In this document: positions 41,204 through 52,700 of the stretch, piece after piece
Numbering within the stretch: the stretch's first letter is position 1
How the letters are laid out: each line of letters begins with the position of its first letter
From: an uncultured delta proteobacterium
Lineage (GTDB): Bacteria > Desulfobacterota > Binatia > Bin18
NCBI GenBank assembly: GCA_963733195.1
Contig: CAVTCR010000005.1
Location: 1-64,000 of the forward strand
Length of the DNA: 64,000 bases
Direction of reading: 5' to 3'
Notes under the pieces: generated by a model
What the model was told of the DNA's origin: nothing
The model's database searches: none
The model's input: only the letters and a program-made list of their open reading frames with translations
Made by a program: the position numbers and the translations under genes

Positions 41204-42780
41204 TTAACGCCGCTCGCGTCGGGAAATAGGTCGTTTCCTTCCCCGATTCTCACCACCGCGACTTGTATTCTGCTCTCGCCCGCGTCGCCGCTCTTGCCAG
41301 CTTCCCCGACTCATCCCGACAAAATCGATGAAGCCACGCTCGACATCCACCTCAACCAGTTTCACCCGCACTCGATCGCCAACATCAAAGCGTTCGTACC
41401 CACGAACCACTTTTCCTTCCACTGGCGGATCGAGTACACGCACCCAGGTGCCCTTCTCGGAAACTCCAGTTACTATCCCATCAAACCGCCGACCGATACT
41501 CGTTTCCAACAACAACGCAGCAGCAGACTTGCGCACTTGGCGCTCAATCTTGTTGGCATCATCTTCTTGTTCGGTACAGTGCTTGGCAAGTTCGTGTAAC
41601 TCGTCAGTGCTGTAAGGACAGGGGTGACCAACAATCGCAGCTTTCAGCAATCGTTGCGTAATCAGATCGGGATAGCGACGATTAGGCGCGGTCGAATGGG
41701 CATAATCCCGTACCGCCAAACCAAAATGTCCGATTGGTCTCTTCCCCTGGCAGCTCAACTGCGTACTCTCCCGAGCCCATCAATTTCACAATTGACAGTG
41801 AGAGATCAGGAAAGCGAAGCGGGTCTAACTTCTTGTCGTCGCTCCAGAAACGCTTCGAGAGCCGCACTATCAGGCCGTGCAGGTAGTTGTTCACCCAATT
41901 CTTCTGCCAGCGCAATGATACGCTCCCAACGCTGCGGAGCCTGTAGCACGCGACGAAACGTAGGAAAATTCTTGTTCACCAGATACCGTGTGGTAACCCC
42001 ATTGGCCGTGACCATGAAGTTCTCAATCAACGCCTTCGCCCGATTGCGCTTTTCCGCCGCCAGTTGACTCAACTCGTCATTGTGAAAAACTGGGCGCGCT
42101 TCGATCGTTTCAAGGCTGAGTGCTCCTTGTTGATAGCGTAGACGTTGGAGTTGGCGTGCGACCTGCTCTTGCACGCGAATTTGTTCTGCCAAGCCGGGCA
42201 CCACGGCTATCCGTTCAGGCATCGGCCCGTCCTCGTCAAGCCAGGCGGCGACGCTGTTATAAGCTAACTTGGCGTGATTGTGGACAAGCGCACGATAAAC
42301 GGTCGCTCTCGTCAGTTCACCACTCGCCGCAATCACCATCTCCGCCACGATCGCTAAGCGATCGACATCGGGATTGAGCGAGGTCAGATCAGTAGACAAC
42401 TTCTCCGGCAGCATCGGGAAAATTTGTGCTGGCGTGTAGACCGAGGTCGTATTTTGTCGTGCATGGACATCAACCGCTGAGCCTTTCGTCACGAGAGCGT
42501 CAACATCAGCGATCGCCACGAAAATCTTGACAGCCTCGTCTGGTAACAGTTCAGCCACAGACAGTTGATCAAGATCACGTGAATCGTCGTTGTCGATCGA
42601 ACACCACAACAACGAGCGGAGGTCACGAATAGTTGTATCGTCTGCAGTTGCCGCTTGGGATAGACGTGAAGTTTCAGTGCGTACGTCATCCGAGAATTCC
42701 GGAAAGAACCCACGCTCGATCATCGCACGTCGAGCAATGGCCTGTAATCGAGAGCGGTGAGAATCAGAGGACTGGGGCAT
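41204..42780 (-). CDS. RNB-domain exoribonuclease (RNase II/R-like, short), frameshifted near 41740-41830
   Basis: SIDNDDSRDLDQ, AIADV, LIENFM, GHFGL...YAHSTAPNRRYPDL, C-terminal S1. Confidence 0.9.
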
Positions 42781-43012
42781 GCATGTTTCCTTTCGCCCCT
42801 GTCCTTTATCGTACCTGCGTCGGGAGCACAAAGCCCTTGAGGACCGAGCTGGTAGGGGCGTATTGCCATATGCCCCTACAGTATAGAGCGAAACATCTCT
42901 CAGTTGGATGCGGTTTAGCCCTCTCCCTACGGGAGAAGGAACTTCAAGTTGAAGGTATCCACGCAGATGAAAATCGCTGTAGGTAAGTCAAACAACTGGA
43001 CGGTTGGGCTAC

Positions 43013-43846
43013 TTACGCGTTCTTCTCTGGGGCAAAGAATACCAAGGTACGCGTCTCGATACTTTCCCGCGCTGGTGCATCGGGTGGTGTCGTCGGATCG
43101 TCAAATGACGAGTGCGCAGTAAAGCGTGCCCGCCCATCCGATGCCGAGTCGAACCCTTTCAGGAACAGTACCTCGTTCCTCTGCATTTGCGGAAAATAGA
43201 ACCAGCGGTGATTGGGATTATAAGCGACAGAATACACCTCCCCGACTCGATCATGGTAGATCAAATCAGTAGGTACAAAGTCTTGCAGCGTCATACTTTG
43301 TGCATCACACACCGCGATTGGGTTTGCTTGCACCGGACCAGCGATAGGTCGCCACACGTTAATCTGCATAAACCGATATTGCAGAAGTCGCTCACCTTCC
43401 TCGTCGCCGACTAAATCTCGTACCCGCTGTGGCCCAGACTTAAAGGTGTAGTCATTGTGTGCCATCATCACCGGCATGTTCGCGTTATTTTCCTTCCGTT
43501 GCGCTTTTGTCGCACAGCGCACGTTGTGGTCGAATACCACAACCTTGGTCGCACCAGTCGCCTCTTTTACGAGTTGCTCGACCTCTGGGTAATACACCGT
43601 CTGGACTTCCTTCTCGTCGTAGAAGTCCACTACTTTGGTTTCGTGCCGTCTCAACATAAAACCTTGAGCGTCCAACGTCAGTGGTTGGTCAACCGCCCGA
43701 CCATTAAGAATCGACATCGGATAGCGGGAATAATTTCCAGACCGCCGCGGTGTCCCAGCCGGCGGCTCGTACATGTAGGTCGCTGGTCTCTCGTCCTTGC
43801 TTACCAAGTAATTCATCGAAGTTTCAATCTGTTTTAATTCTTGCAT
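43013..43846 (-). CDS. CmcJ/NvfI-like oxidoreductase
   Basis: FDHNVR, AHNDYT, INVWRPI, AHSSF, RESIETR. Confidence 0.85.
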   Translation of the reverse strand: MQELKQIETSMNYLVSKDERPATYMYEPPAGTPRRSGNYSRYPMSILNGRAVDQPLTLDAQGFMLRRHETKVVDFYDEKEVQTVYYPEVEQLVKEATGATKVVVFDHNVRCATKAQRKENNANMPVMMAHNDYTFKSGPQRVRDLVGDEEGERLLQYRFMQINVWRPIAGPVQANPIAVCDAQSMTLQDFVPTDLIYHDRVGEVYSVAYNPNHRWFYFPQMQRNEVLFLKGFDSASDGRARFTAHSSFDDPTTPPDAPARESIETRTLVFFAPEKNA

Positions 43847-43939
43847 GGCGTGCCCATCCTTCGTCTGTGCCCTCATGCAAACAACTACAATGATCGGCCT
43901 TGTGTGTACAGATGATTTATCGGGGAGGCGACTTTTTCA

Positions 43940-44107
43940 GTAGTGGCTCAGTTTGATGCGTGTCGCCACGGAAATGTCATTCTGAATGGAGCGCAGCGCA
44001 GTGAAGAATCCCTCCCTAGGCATGTTAGGCTGAGAGATTCTTCGTCGCGGTGCTCCTCAGAATGACAAAGAGTGTGAGGCTTCTTCTTAAGCGGGAAAGT
44101 CACACTA
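43940..44107. repeat. Second MITE/REP-like element related to 10336-10698
   Basis: GTAGTGGCTCAGTTTG end; 38-nt identity between 44030-44067 and 10611-10648. Confidence 0.65.
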
Positions 44108-44893
44108 GGCCAAAAAGCGCTGGACACGCTCGACAAACGTTGCAGTCTGTTCGATCTCTGGCCGATGGCCACAGTTATCCAAGAGGACCAAGTCTGAGCC
44201 AGAGATTGATTCGTTATAGAGACGAGACGCGCTCACCGGAACAATCTGATCTTGCTTGCCCCATACAATCAGAGTTGGGAGACCGATAACGTTTTCAAGC
44301 AAATTGGGCAAACTCGGATTAAACATATACGGCTGCCAGGCAACGCGAGCAGTCTCCGCTCGCGCATCTTCCCATGCCTCAAATTGCTCCGGGGTTTGTT
44401 CGCCACCATAGAGCTTGGCAAATTCTGGAGTGTTCTCGATACTGTTCACGCTGGCATCAGTATAGGCGCGGGCCGTCACTACAAACATATCGCAAATATC
44501 ACCCTGAGGCGGACGAATGCCAGTTGGGGCAACCAGCACCATCTTCCGGAACTGTTTCGCGTCACATGCCGCCATTTCCGCTGCAATCCAACCACCGATC
44601 GAAAAACCGATCACATCCACAGGAGACCATCCTTGTTCGCGGATCACCCGAGCATAAAAGCCTGCGAGATCGCGGATATCCCGTACCCATTCAACACGGG
44701 GCGTCTTTCCAAAACCGGGGTGTTGCGGAATAATCACCGTACGTGAGCGCGCCAGTTCGGTATGCCAGCGTAACCAACCTGGATGTCCAATTTCTTCGTG
44801 CAGTACAAGCAGCGGCTTCCCACTGCCCCCTTGAATACAGGTTAAGTCGGCCCCAGCAACACGTGCTGTCACTTCTTTCCATTCTTGTGCCAT
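44105..44893 (-). CDS. Alpha/beta hydrolase
   Basis: HPGFG, GFSIGG, WGKQD, CGH. Confidence 0.88.
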   Translation of the reverse strand: MAQEWKEVTARVAGADLTCIQGGSGKPLLVLHEEIGHPGWLRWHTELARSRTVIIPQHPGFGKTPRVEWVRDIRDLAGFYARVIREQGWSPVDVIGFSIGGWIAAEMAACDAKQFRKMVLVAPTGIRPPQGDICDMFVVTARAYTDASVNSIENTPEFAKLYGGEQTPEQFEAWEDARAETARVAWQPYMFNPSLPNLLENVIGLPTLIVWGKQDQIVPVSASRLYNESISGSDLVLLDNCGHRPEIEQTATFVERVQRFLA

Positions 44894-45115
44894 TGGTTTC
44901 CTTGCCTCCTTAGCGCTTCGTTATATTTGTCTAGGGCTACAGCAATTTCCAGCAAGAGGGAATTCCCGTCTCCCGTCTGAACGCTCACTTATGAACGTGA
45001 ACAGCCGCCACTGATACCATGGGCTGTAGTACCCATGCAACCTCTTGGCTTCGCAATCGCAGGAAGAGTTTGATAAGAACATGTGATGGAAAAAACTCAA
45101 AGTAAGGAGGGGGGC

Positions 45116-46252
45116 ATGGGACCTCTACACGGACTACGTATCGTTGAATTGTTTTGTATCGGACCAGGACCATTTGCTGGTATGTTGTTGTCCGACATGG
45201 GTGCAGACATTTTACGCATTGATCGTCCGCAAGAACCGCAACTCGGCTATCCCGACCATAAATATCGCACGCTATGGCGCAATCGTCGTGCAGTGCAACT
45301 TGATCTGGCGAAGCCAGCCGGAGTCGAGATCTTGCTTCGCTTGGTCGAACACGCGGATGGGTTAATTGAAGGTTATCGTCCTGGCGTCGCAGAGCGCCTT
45401 GGTGTCGGGCCGGAGGTCTGCCTCAAACACAATCCTCGCTTGGTGTACGGTCGCATGACCGGTTGGGGCCAAGAAGGGCCGCTAGCAAAACAAGCGGGAT
45501 TTGACATCAATTACATCTCGCTCACTGGTCTCCTCAGTGCCGTTGGTCCAGCCGAGAAACCAGTACCACCATTGATTGCCGCCGGTGACTTTGGTGGTGG
45601 CGGAGTGTTTCTCGCGCTAGGTATGCTCGCCGCGTTGTGGGAAGCGCAACGTTCAGGTCGTGGGCAAGTAGTCGATGCCAGTATTGTCGATGGTGCGGCA
45701 AACTTGATGGCGTATGTGTACGGTGGACTCGCTGGCGGTGCATGGCAAAACCGACGCGCGTCAAACACGGTCGATGGTGGACATTGGCGCTATGGCGTGT
45801 ACGAGTGTACCGACGGAAAGTTTGTTTCCGTTGCCGCGATGATGGACCCATTCCTCAAAGTCCTCTTTGACAAGCTGGGACTCAATCCGAGCGATTTTCC
45901 CGACCCGAACAGCCGCAAGAATTGGCCGATGTATCGTGAACGGTTAGCAGCGATATTTCGTACACGGCCACGAGATGAATGGGTTTCATTGTTCGCCGGT
46001 ACCGATGGTTGTGTCGCGCCAGTGCTTGACCTCGAAGAAGCACCGCAACACCCTCACAACCAAGCCCGTGGCACCTTTGTCGAACATGAAGGTGTTCTAC
46101 AACCTGCTCCTGCGCCACGCTTTAGCCGTACGCCGTCAGAGATCAGCCGCCGTCCACCGGCCAATGGCGCAGATACTGAGCCGGCATTACTAGATTGGGG
46201 ATTTGGCAACGAGGAATTACAAGACCTGCGTAAGCGGGGGGCGTTTGGCTAA
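45116..46252 (+). CDS. CaiB/BaiF CoA-transferase / alpha-methylacyl-CoA racemase
   Basis: IGPGPFAGMLLSDMGA, EGYRPGV, GDFGGG, PAPRFSRTP. Confidence 0.92.
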   Translation: MGPLHGLRIVELFCIGPGPFAGMLLSDMGADILRIDRPQEPQLGYPDHKYRTLWRNRRAVQLDLAKPAGVEILLRLVEHADGLIEGYRPGVAERLGVGPEVCLKHNPRLVYGRMTGWGQEGPLAKQAGFDINYISLTGLLSAVGPAEKPVPPLIAAGDFGGGGVFLALGMLAALWEAQRSGRGQVVDASIVDGAANLMAYVYGGLAGGAWQNRRASNTVDGGHWRYGVYECTDGKFVSVAAMMDPFLKVLFDKLGLNPSDFPDPNSRKNWPMYRERLAAIFRTRPRDEWVSLFAGTDGCVAPVLDLEEAPQHPHNQARGTFVEHEGVLQPAPAPRFSRTPSEISRRPPANGADTEPALLDWGFGNEELQDLRKRGAFG

Positions 46253-49200
46253 GACTGTTCTGATGATAGGCTCTCAAGGAGTGCCCGCGCATCTTTGAGG
46301 TCCGGCGTATCAAACCCTTCGGTAAACCAACTATAAATATCCGACAACATTTTGTGAGCCTTCTTTCCTTTCCCCTGCTGATGCCATAAACGCGCCAATC
46401 CGATTGTTGCTCGGAGTTCAATTGACTTTGCATTTTGTCGTCGAGCAATTTCTACTGCTCTGTAGAAACATTCTTCCGCCTCGACTACCTTACCTTGGCG
46501 TCCCGACTGCAAGATCAGCCCACCTTTGATAAAATGCAGAAGCCCTTCCCAACCACGCTGGCCACCCTCTTGGGAGATTACCAATGCCTCAGCGATCTTC
46601 TGCAATCCTTCGTCGATTCGTCCAGCGGCCCCATAGAGTCCAGCCAACACGGCCAAATTTCCCGTTTGCACGACTCCAGCACCGGTTGCCTCATACGTCG
46701 TCATACTCTGAAAGATCTTCGTAATCCCTTCTTCATACCTTCCCAGGTTGGCAAGTGCGAACCCGAGATTAAACACTGCTAGTGCTCCCCAAAAGGGGAG
46801 ACTCTGCTCGTCAGTCAAGCTGATGGCAACCTCAGCTCGCTCTAACCCAGCTTGCCACTCGCGACAGGTATTGCGAAGATTCGCTGCAAAAGCGAGAGCA
46901 AGGGCAAGCGTATTTGCATGCCCTAACTCTTGGGCTAACGCTATAGCGTCTTCACTTCTTATACGCGCCTGGTCGGGGTATCCCAGCATCCACAGACTCA
47001 ATGCCGCGAAACTCAACGCCGCTACTCCGGGGTCTTGACCGGAAACAAAGGCGAGTTTCTGATGACACTCACGGTCATACAGAGTGATGACCTGTTTCGA
47101 GTGAAAATGGGCAGTAGAGAACTCACCGAGGAAGTGAAGCACGTTTCCCAACATGCGGTGAGCCTCAAGCAACAAGGCAGGTTCTCCTACACCCTCAGCA
47201 AGTCGAAGACACTGCTCGGCCAGAGTGCGAGCCGTCTGGAGTTTTCCTCGCACGAGATAAAACGAAAACAATCCTCCGAGAACGGAAAGGAGTTGCGGCG
47301 TCTCTCCAATGCGTTGACACAACTCATGAGCGCGAGCGTAGGTGAGTTCTACCTCTGGCGCGGCGTACCCTTTCGTCGCCATAAGCGCAACGCCCATCAT
47401 CGTTTGTAGAGTCAATTCAAGTTGGATTCGCTCATCGTTCTCAGGAAGTTCGTGCAAGAGGGCTAACGCTTGCCTGAGGTGATTGATGGCTTCGGTATTC
47501 GCCGAACGCTGGATAGCAGCCTGCCCTGCCTTCTGCCAGTAGGCCACGGCCTGAGGAATAAGGCCTGACTCGGTATAGTGGTGCGCGAGGAGTTCGGGCT
47601 CAGTGTCTTTCGTTTCTGGAAATCGTTCTTCAAGCGTATAGGCAATTCGTTGATGGTAGTGCTGTCGCCTACTCTTCAGCAATGATTGATATGCCGCATC
47701 TTGGATCAGCGCATGCTTGAATACATACTGGGATTCTCGTCCGATCCCACGCGGGTACAGAACCTCGGCTTCTACCAATTTCGCGAGGGCTTGAGGGAGG
47801 TTGAGTTCACCACGTGGCAAGATTTCCTTAATCAGCTCATACGAAAATTCTCTGCCACAGGTTGCCCCGATCTGAGCAACTTCTCGCGCTGCCCCTAATC
47901 GGTCAAGCCGAGCAAACAAAGAGTCTTGCAAAGTTGCTGGAATCGCCAAAGGTGGTAGTCCTCCAGTCAGGACATAGTCTCCATCTTTCTCTTGTAACAA
48001 CCCTGATTCCAGCATCATCTTGGTCGACTCTTCGACGAAGAGCGGCACTCCATCTGTTTTGGCCACTATCTGCTCGAGAACCTCAACGGGTATCTTCTTC
48101 CCCTGCACGACCTTCTCGATCATTACCTCAACATCTTTGCTCGTGAGGCGGCTTAACGTCAGCGGCCGCAAATGAGAGCGATTGGGCCAGGGGGGAATAA
48201 ACTCTGGACGGAAGGTCAGTACGACCAAGAGGGGTGTGGTGACAACTTGTTCAATTAAGCGCCCTAACCATTCGACGGTTGATGGGTCAGCCCAATGCAG
48301 ATCCTCCCACACCGAGAGGATGGGTTGACGTTCAGCACTCTTGAGGAGCCACATCAGCATCGCGTGTTGAGTTCTCTCACGTTGTTTCTGTGGAGTGAGA
48401 TCAGGAAGGGTAAACCGCCCAGTGGGGAGTGAAAGAAGCACTGCAAAAAATGGGAGAGTGCTCGGCAGATCCATTCCGGAGTGCACAAGCGCACGTTCCA
48501 ATTTTGCAAGCTGCGCATCCGGTGGATCTTCGCGTCGCAACGACAAGCTGCGATGTAAAAATTCGATCATGGGATGAAGGGTGCTGTTTTGATGATACGA
48601 GGAACATCGTGCCTCCAACCGCAGAGCAGTGGTCGGATCAATGCGCTCCTTGAGCATATGAATCAGGCGGGACTTGCCGATGCCAGCTTCGCCACTTAAT
48701 AAAACGACTTGCCCATGCCCCTCCTGCGCTTGTTCCCAGCTTTTGAACAGAAACTCGATTTCCTCGTTGCGACCGACGACCGGGGTCAGATGGGCAGGAG
48801 CGAGAAATTCTAAGCGATGACGCGCACTGCTTTGCCCCAGAACCTGGTAGACGTCTACGGGTTGAGCAAGGCCTTTGAGTGCTTGCTCCCCAAGTGGTCG
48901 GCAGACAAAGTAGCCCGCAACTAAGCGATGCGTCACCCGACTAAGGACAATGGTGTCAGGATCGGCGATGCCTTGGAGTCGAGCCGCAACATTTGGCGTT
49001 TCGCCCAGCGCAAGTTGTTCGTATCGACTACCACCACCAACTTCCCCAATCACGACTAATCCCGTATGGATGCCAATCCGTGCGTGGAGCGGACGTTGTT
49101 CTAATTGGGGAACTCCGGTGAGGCGAAAACTCTGCTTCCGTAGGCCTTGGAGAATCTCTAATCCAGCTAACACTGAGCGTTGGGCATCATCTTCGTGTGC

Positions 49201-49719
49201 GGTCGGATAGCCAAAGTAGGCCAATACTCCATCACCAAGATATTGGGCAATATATCCTTCGTATCGCTCGATGATCTTCGCACACACTTCTTGATATTGC
49301 TGGACTACGAATCGTAACTCTTCCGGATCAAGCTGCGACGACAAAGCGGTTGATCCAACCAGATCGCAAAACATCACAGTTAGTTGGCGACGTTCGCCCG
49401 AGGCGAGTCCAGCGTCCGGAGTCCGGTGTCTGATGTCCAAAGTTCGAGGATCGGAGGTCTGTGGACTGGGGGTACTCAGCGTTAAACTTTCTTCTCCGTT
49501 TCCCCGTTTCCCCGTTTCCCCGTTTTGCCTTTGTCCTACCCACACCAGTATCTTACCATCTTCATCAGCCGCTAAATGCTGAGCATCGATGAGTTCGTCT
49601 TTGAGATCTTGGAGGTAGTCGTCATCGAGCGAGTAGCGTCGTTTTAGCGCACCGTACGAGACTCGACCTTGGCGTTGCAGTAGCTCGGTAACTTGCGTGA
49701 GGATTTCGTCGAAGTTCAT
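46249..49719 (-). CDS. Class III cyclase + AAA ATPase + TPR protein (catalytic residues intact)
   Basis: FCDLVGST, YLGDG, PNVAARL; Walker A GEAGIGKS; EDLHWAD; C-terminal TPRs ending WFTEGFDT. Confidence 0.93.
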   Translation of the reverse strand: MNFDEILTQVTELLQRQGRVSYGALKRRYSLDDDYLQDLKDELIDAQHLAADEDGKILVWVGQRQNGETGKRGNGEESLTLSTPSPQTSDPRTLDIRHRTPDAGLASGERRQLTVMFCDLVGSTALSSQLDPEELRFVVQQYQEVCAKIIERYEGYIAQYLGDGVLAYFGYPTAHEDDAQRSVLAGLEILQGLRKQSFRLTGVPQLEQRPLHARIGIHTGLVVIGEVGGGSRYEQLALGETPNVAARLQGIADPDTIVLSRVTHRLVAGYFVCRPLGEQALKGLAQPVDVYQVLGQSSARHRLEFLAPAHLTPVVGRNEEIEFLFKSWEQAQEGHGQVVLLSGEAGIGKSRLIHMLKERIDPTTALRLEARCSSYHQNSTLHPMIEFLHRSLSLRREDPPDAQLAKLERALVHSGMDLPSTLPFFAVLLSLPTGRFTLPDLTPQKQRERTQHAMLMWLLKSAERQPILSVWEDLHWADPSTVEWLGRLIEQVVTTPLLVVLTFRPEFIPPWPNRSHLRPLTLSRLTSKDVEVMIEKVVQGKKIPVEVLEQIVAKTDGVPLFVEESTKMMLESGLLQEKDGDYVLTGGLPPLAIPATLQDSLFARLDRLGAAREVAQIGATCGREFSYELIKEILPRGELNLPQALAKLVEAEVLYPRGIGRESQYVFKHALIQDAAYQSLLKSRRQHYHQRIAYTLEERFPETKDTEPELLAHHYTESGLIPQAVAYWQKAGQAAIQRSANTEAINHLRQALALLHELPENDERIQLELTLQTMMGVALMATKGYAAPEVELTYARAHELCQRIGETPQLLSVLGGLFSFYLVRGKLQTARTLAEQCLRLAEGVGEPALLLEAHRMLGNVLHFLGEFSTAHFHSKQVITLYDRECHQKLAFVSGQDPGVAALSFAALSLWMLGYPDQARIRSEDAIALAQELGHANTLALALAFAANLRNTCREWQAGLERAEVAISLTDEQSLPFWGALAVFNLGFALANLGRYEEGITKIFQSMTTYEATGAGVVQTGNLAVLAGLYGAAGRIDEGLQKIAEALVISQEGGQRGWEGLLHFIKGGLILQSGRQGKVVEAEECFYRAVEIARRQNAKSIELRATIGLARLWHQQGKGKKAHKMLSDIYSWFTEGFDTPDLKDARALLESLSSEQS

Positions 49720-49777
49720 AGGAATTGTGCTGTTTGCTCGTTAATTCACTTCTTTATTGACTCAGTGATTTACTCTC

Positions 49778-52700
49778 TCAATGGCTTAATTCCCCTAACA
49801 GGGTTTTTGCTTCTTGCAAGTCCAGCGTGTCAAATCCTTCAGTAAACCACCGGTAACTCTCTGCTAAAAGTTTTCGGGCTTCAGACTCTTTCCCCTGCTT
49901 TTGCCATAACCGACACAAACTCATTGTCGCACGGAGTTCCCACGACTTCGCATGCTGTTGACGCGCTATCTCGATAGCCTTGTGAAAACACGATTCGGCT
50001 TCGGTTTGGGGGTCGGGGGTTAGGGGTCGGGAATCGGTATTTTGAAACTTTGAACTTTGAACTTTGAACTTTAGGTCCTCTTCTTTTGATTTTGGACCTT
50101 GAACCTTGGACTCTGGACTGTCCTCCACTTGAAACTTGGAACTTGGAACTTGAAACTTTTGCAGCAGGAGTTCCCCCTTGAGCCGATACAGTTCCGCCGC
50201 AAATGCCTGCTCTCCTCTTTTCTGCACTCCCTCAAATGCTTCCGCAATTACGGCGAGTCCCTCAGAAGTCTTCCCACCCTTGCCGTAGGTCTCCGCTAGC
50301 ATCAATAGGAACCACGACTGCACCAATTCGGCTCCCATCACCCGAACGACCCCGAGTCCTTGTTGAATTTGGACGGTCCCTTCTTCTGGGTTCGCTTGTT
50401 GGCTTAAGGCCCACCCCCGCAAGATCACCCCATAGGCTGCCCAGAGGGAAAATCCCTGCTCGGTCGCAAGGGTAACTGCCTGTTCGGCATACGGCAACGC
50501 TACTAATTCTTCTCGACGGAGGATTCGTACCCCGCACATAAACACATCCGCAATCACCTGACTCAGTGGACGGCCAAAGCGATCAGCCAACGCCAGGGCC
50601 TCTTCACTCTTCTGTACTGCGCGATCGGCATAGCCAAGGCACCATAACGTCCAGGCAAGAAGAGAAGGCAACGCATTAACCCCAGGGTCGTGGAATGTAC
50701 GTGGTGGACTGAGTGGTAACGCGCCCTTCTGTAAGGCCATTCCCTGCAACAGATGCTCCTGCGCTTGCAAGAAATCTCCTTGGTAAAACAAGACATTCGC
50801 GAGCATAACCCGCGCCTGTAAGAGCCGTGACGGATTGTCTTCTTGTTGAGCGAGGGAGAGGCACTGTTCTCCAAGTTGACGAGCGGTCTGGAGTTCGCCG
50901 CGAGTCAGATAAAAAAGCGCGAGCCCCGAGAGCACTTGAAAGCGCCGCGGAGTTTCCCCGACACGGTGGCACAGTTCTAAGGCTTGAGCGTAGGTCTTCT
51001 CGACATCTGGAGCAGAGTAGCCATGAAGGGTCATGAGCGTCGGTCCGAGTAGCGCATACAAATGCAGCTCCTGCTGATCACGGGCAGGTGTCTCGGGCAA
51101 GGTCTTGAGCACTGCCAATCCCTTGTCGAGGTGCTTAGTTGCTTCAACAAAAGCTGACTGTTCAATCGCATTCTGCCCCGCCTTTTGCCAGGCAGGGAGC
51201 GCACGTGCCGCAACTCCTGCTTCTGTGTAATGATGGGCAATAAGCTCAGGCTGCATCGTTTTGGTGTCTGGGAATCGTTCTTCCAAGATACGGGCAATTT
51301 GTTGATGATATTGCTGACGCCTGCCCGTCAACAATGATTGATAGGCGGCATCTTGAATGAGGGCATGCTTAAAGACGTAACGGGTTCGTGGGGCAACCCC
51401 ACGACGATAAAGGACTTCCGCGGCAACCAGTTTCTCTAGCGCGAGTTGTAACGTCTGCTCATCGCCTCCTACAACGGCGTGCAATACTTCTGGGGCAAAC
51501 TCACGTCCCAATACGGCACCGACCTGAGCAATTTCCCGTGCCGCGGCTAAGCGGTCCAGACGGGCAAATAAAGAATCCTGTAAGGTCGTTGGAATTGCCA
51601 GCGGTGGCAGTGGGCCAAGTAAATGATACACTTCCCCCTCTTCTTTCACCAATCCTGATTCCAGTACCATCTTGGTGAGCTCTTCGACAAACAAAGGAAC
51701 ACCGTCAGTTCTATTCACGATCTGTTCTGTTACTTCATGAGGCAGGGTCTTTCCTTTGGCAACATTCTCGACCATCGCTTCCGCATGCCGAAACCCCAAT
51801 CGTCCAAGCATGAGCGAGGTGACGTGAGAACGCGGCGGCCACGGTAGCGTAAATTCCGGGCGAAACGTGAAGACTGCCAGGATGCGGGCGGTCGGCAACT
51901 GTTCCATCAGAAGTTGTAAGAGTGCCAGGGTTGAGGGATCAGCCCAATGCAAGTCTTCCCATATAGTCAGAACAGGTTTGTGCTTAGCCAGCGACAGAAA
52001 CCAAGATACAATTACGCTCAACAGTTTCTCACGCTGCCGCTGCGGTGCTAGATTGGTGTAGGCACCGAGAGGAAAAGGAAGAGAGAGTAAATTCGCAAAC
52101 AGAGGGACCGCATCTTCAAGATGCGCACGGGCTAGTACTCGCTCAAGTTTCTGCCGTTTTGCCTCTCCGGTTTCTTCCCGACCGAACTGTAAAGAGCGCT
52201 GGATATAGTCAATCACCGGATAGAATGCGCTCTGTTGATAATAAGGCGAACAGCGGGTTTCGATGCAGATACTCGGTTCGCGCACCAATTGTTCTTTGAG
52301 TTCTTGTATGAGGCGAGACTTGCCAATCCCTGCCTCACCACTCACCAAGATAACCTGTCCACGGCCTTCCTGCACTTGCTCCCAGTGTTTGCGCAATAGG
52401 TTGCTTTCTTCTTCTCTGCCAATAAACGGTGTCAAACCCGCCATTGTCGCTGCTTCTAACCGATGACGCGCCCCACTTTCACTCAACACGAGATAGCTTT
52501 CGACAGGCTCTGACTGATCTTGGAGCACTTGCAGACCAAGCGGGCGGCAGGTGAAATAGCCGGCAACCAGATGGTACGTTGCAGCACCTAGTACAACCGT
52601 ATTCGGCTCAGCTATCGCTAGTAAATGAACAGCAATTTGTGGGGTCGGACCGAGCGCTAACGGTTCGCGTCGGCTTTGATCATCGGTGGCGCCAAAAATC

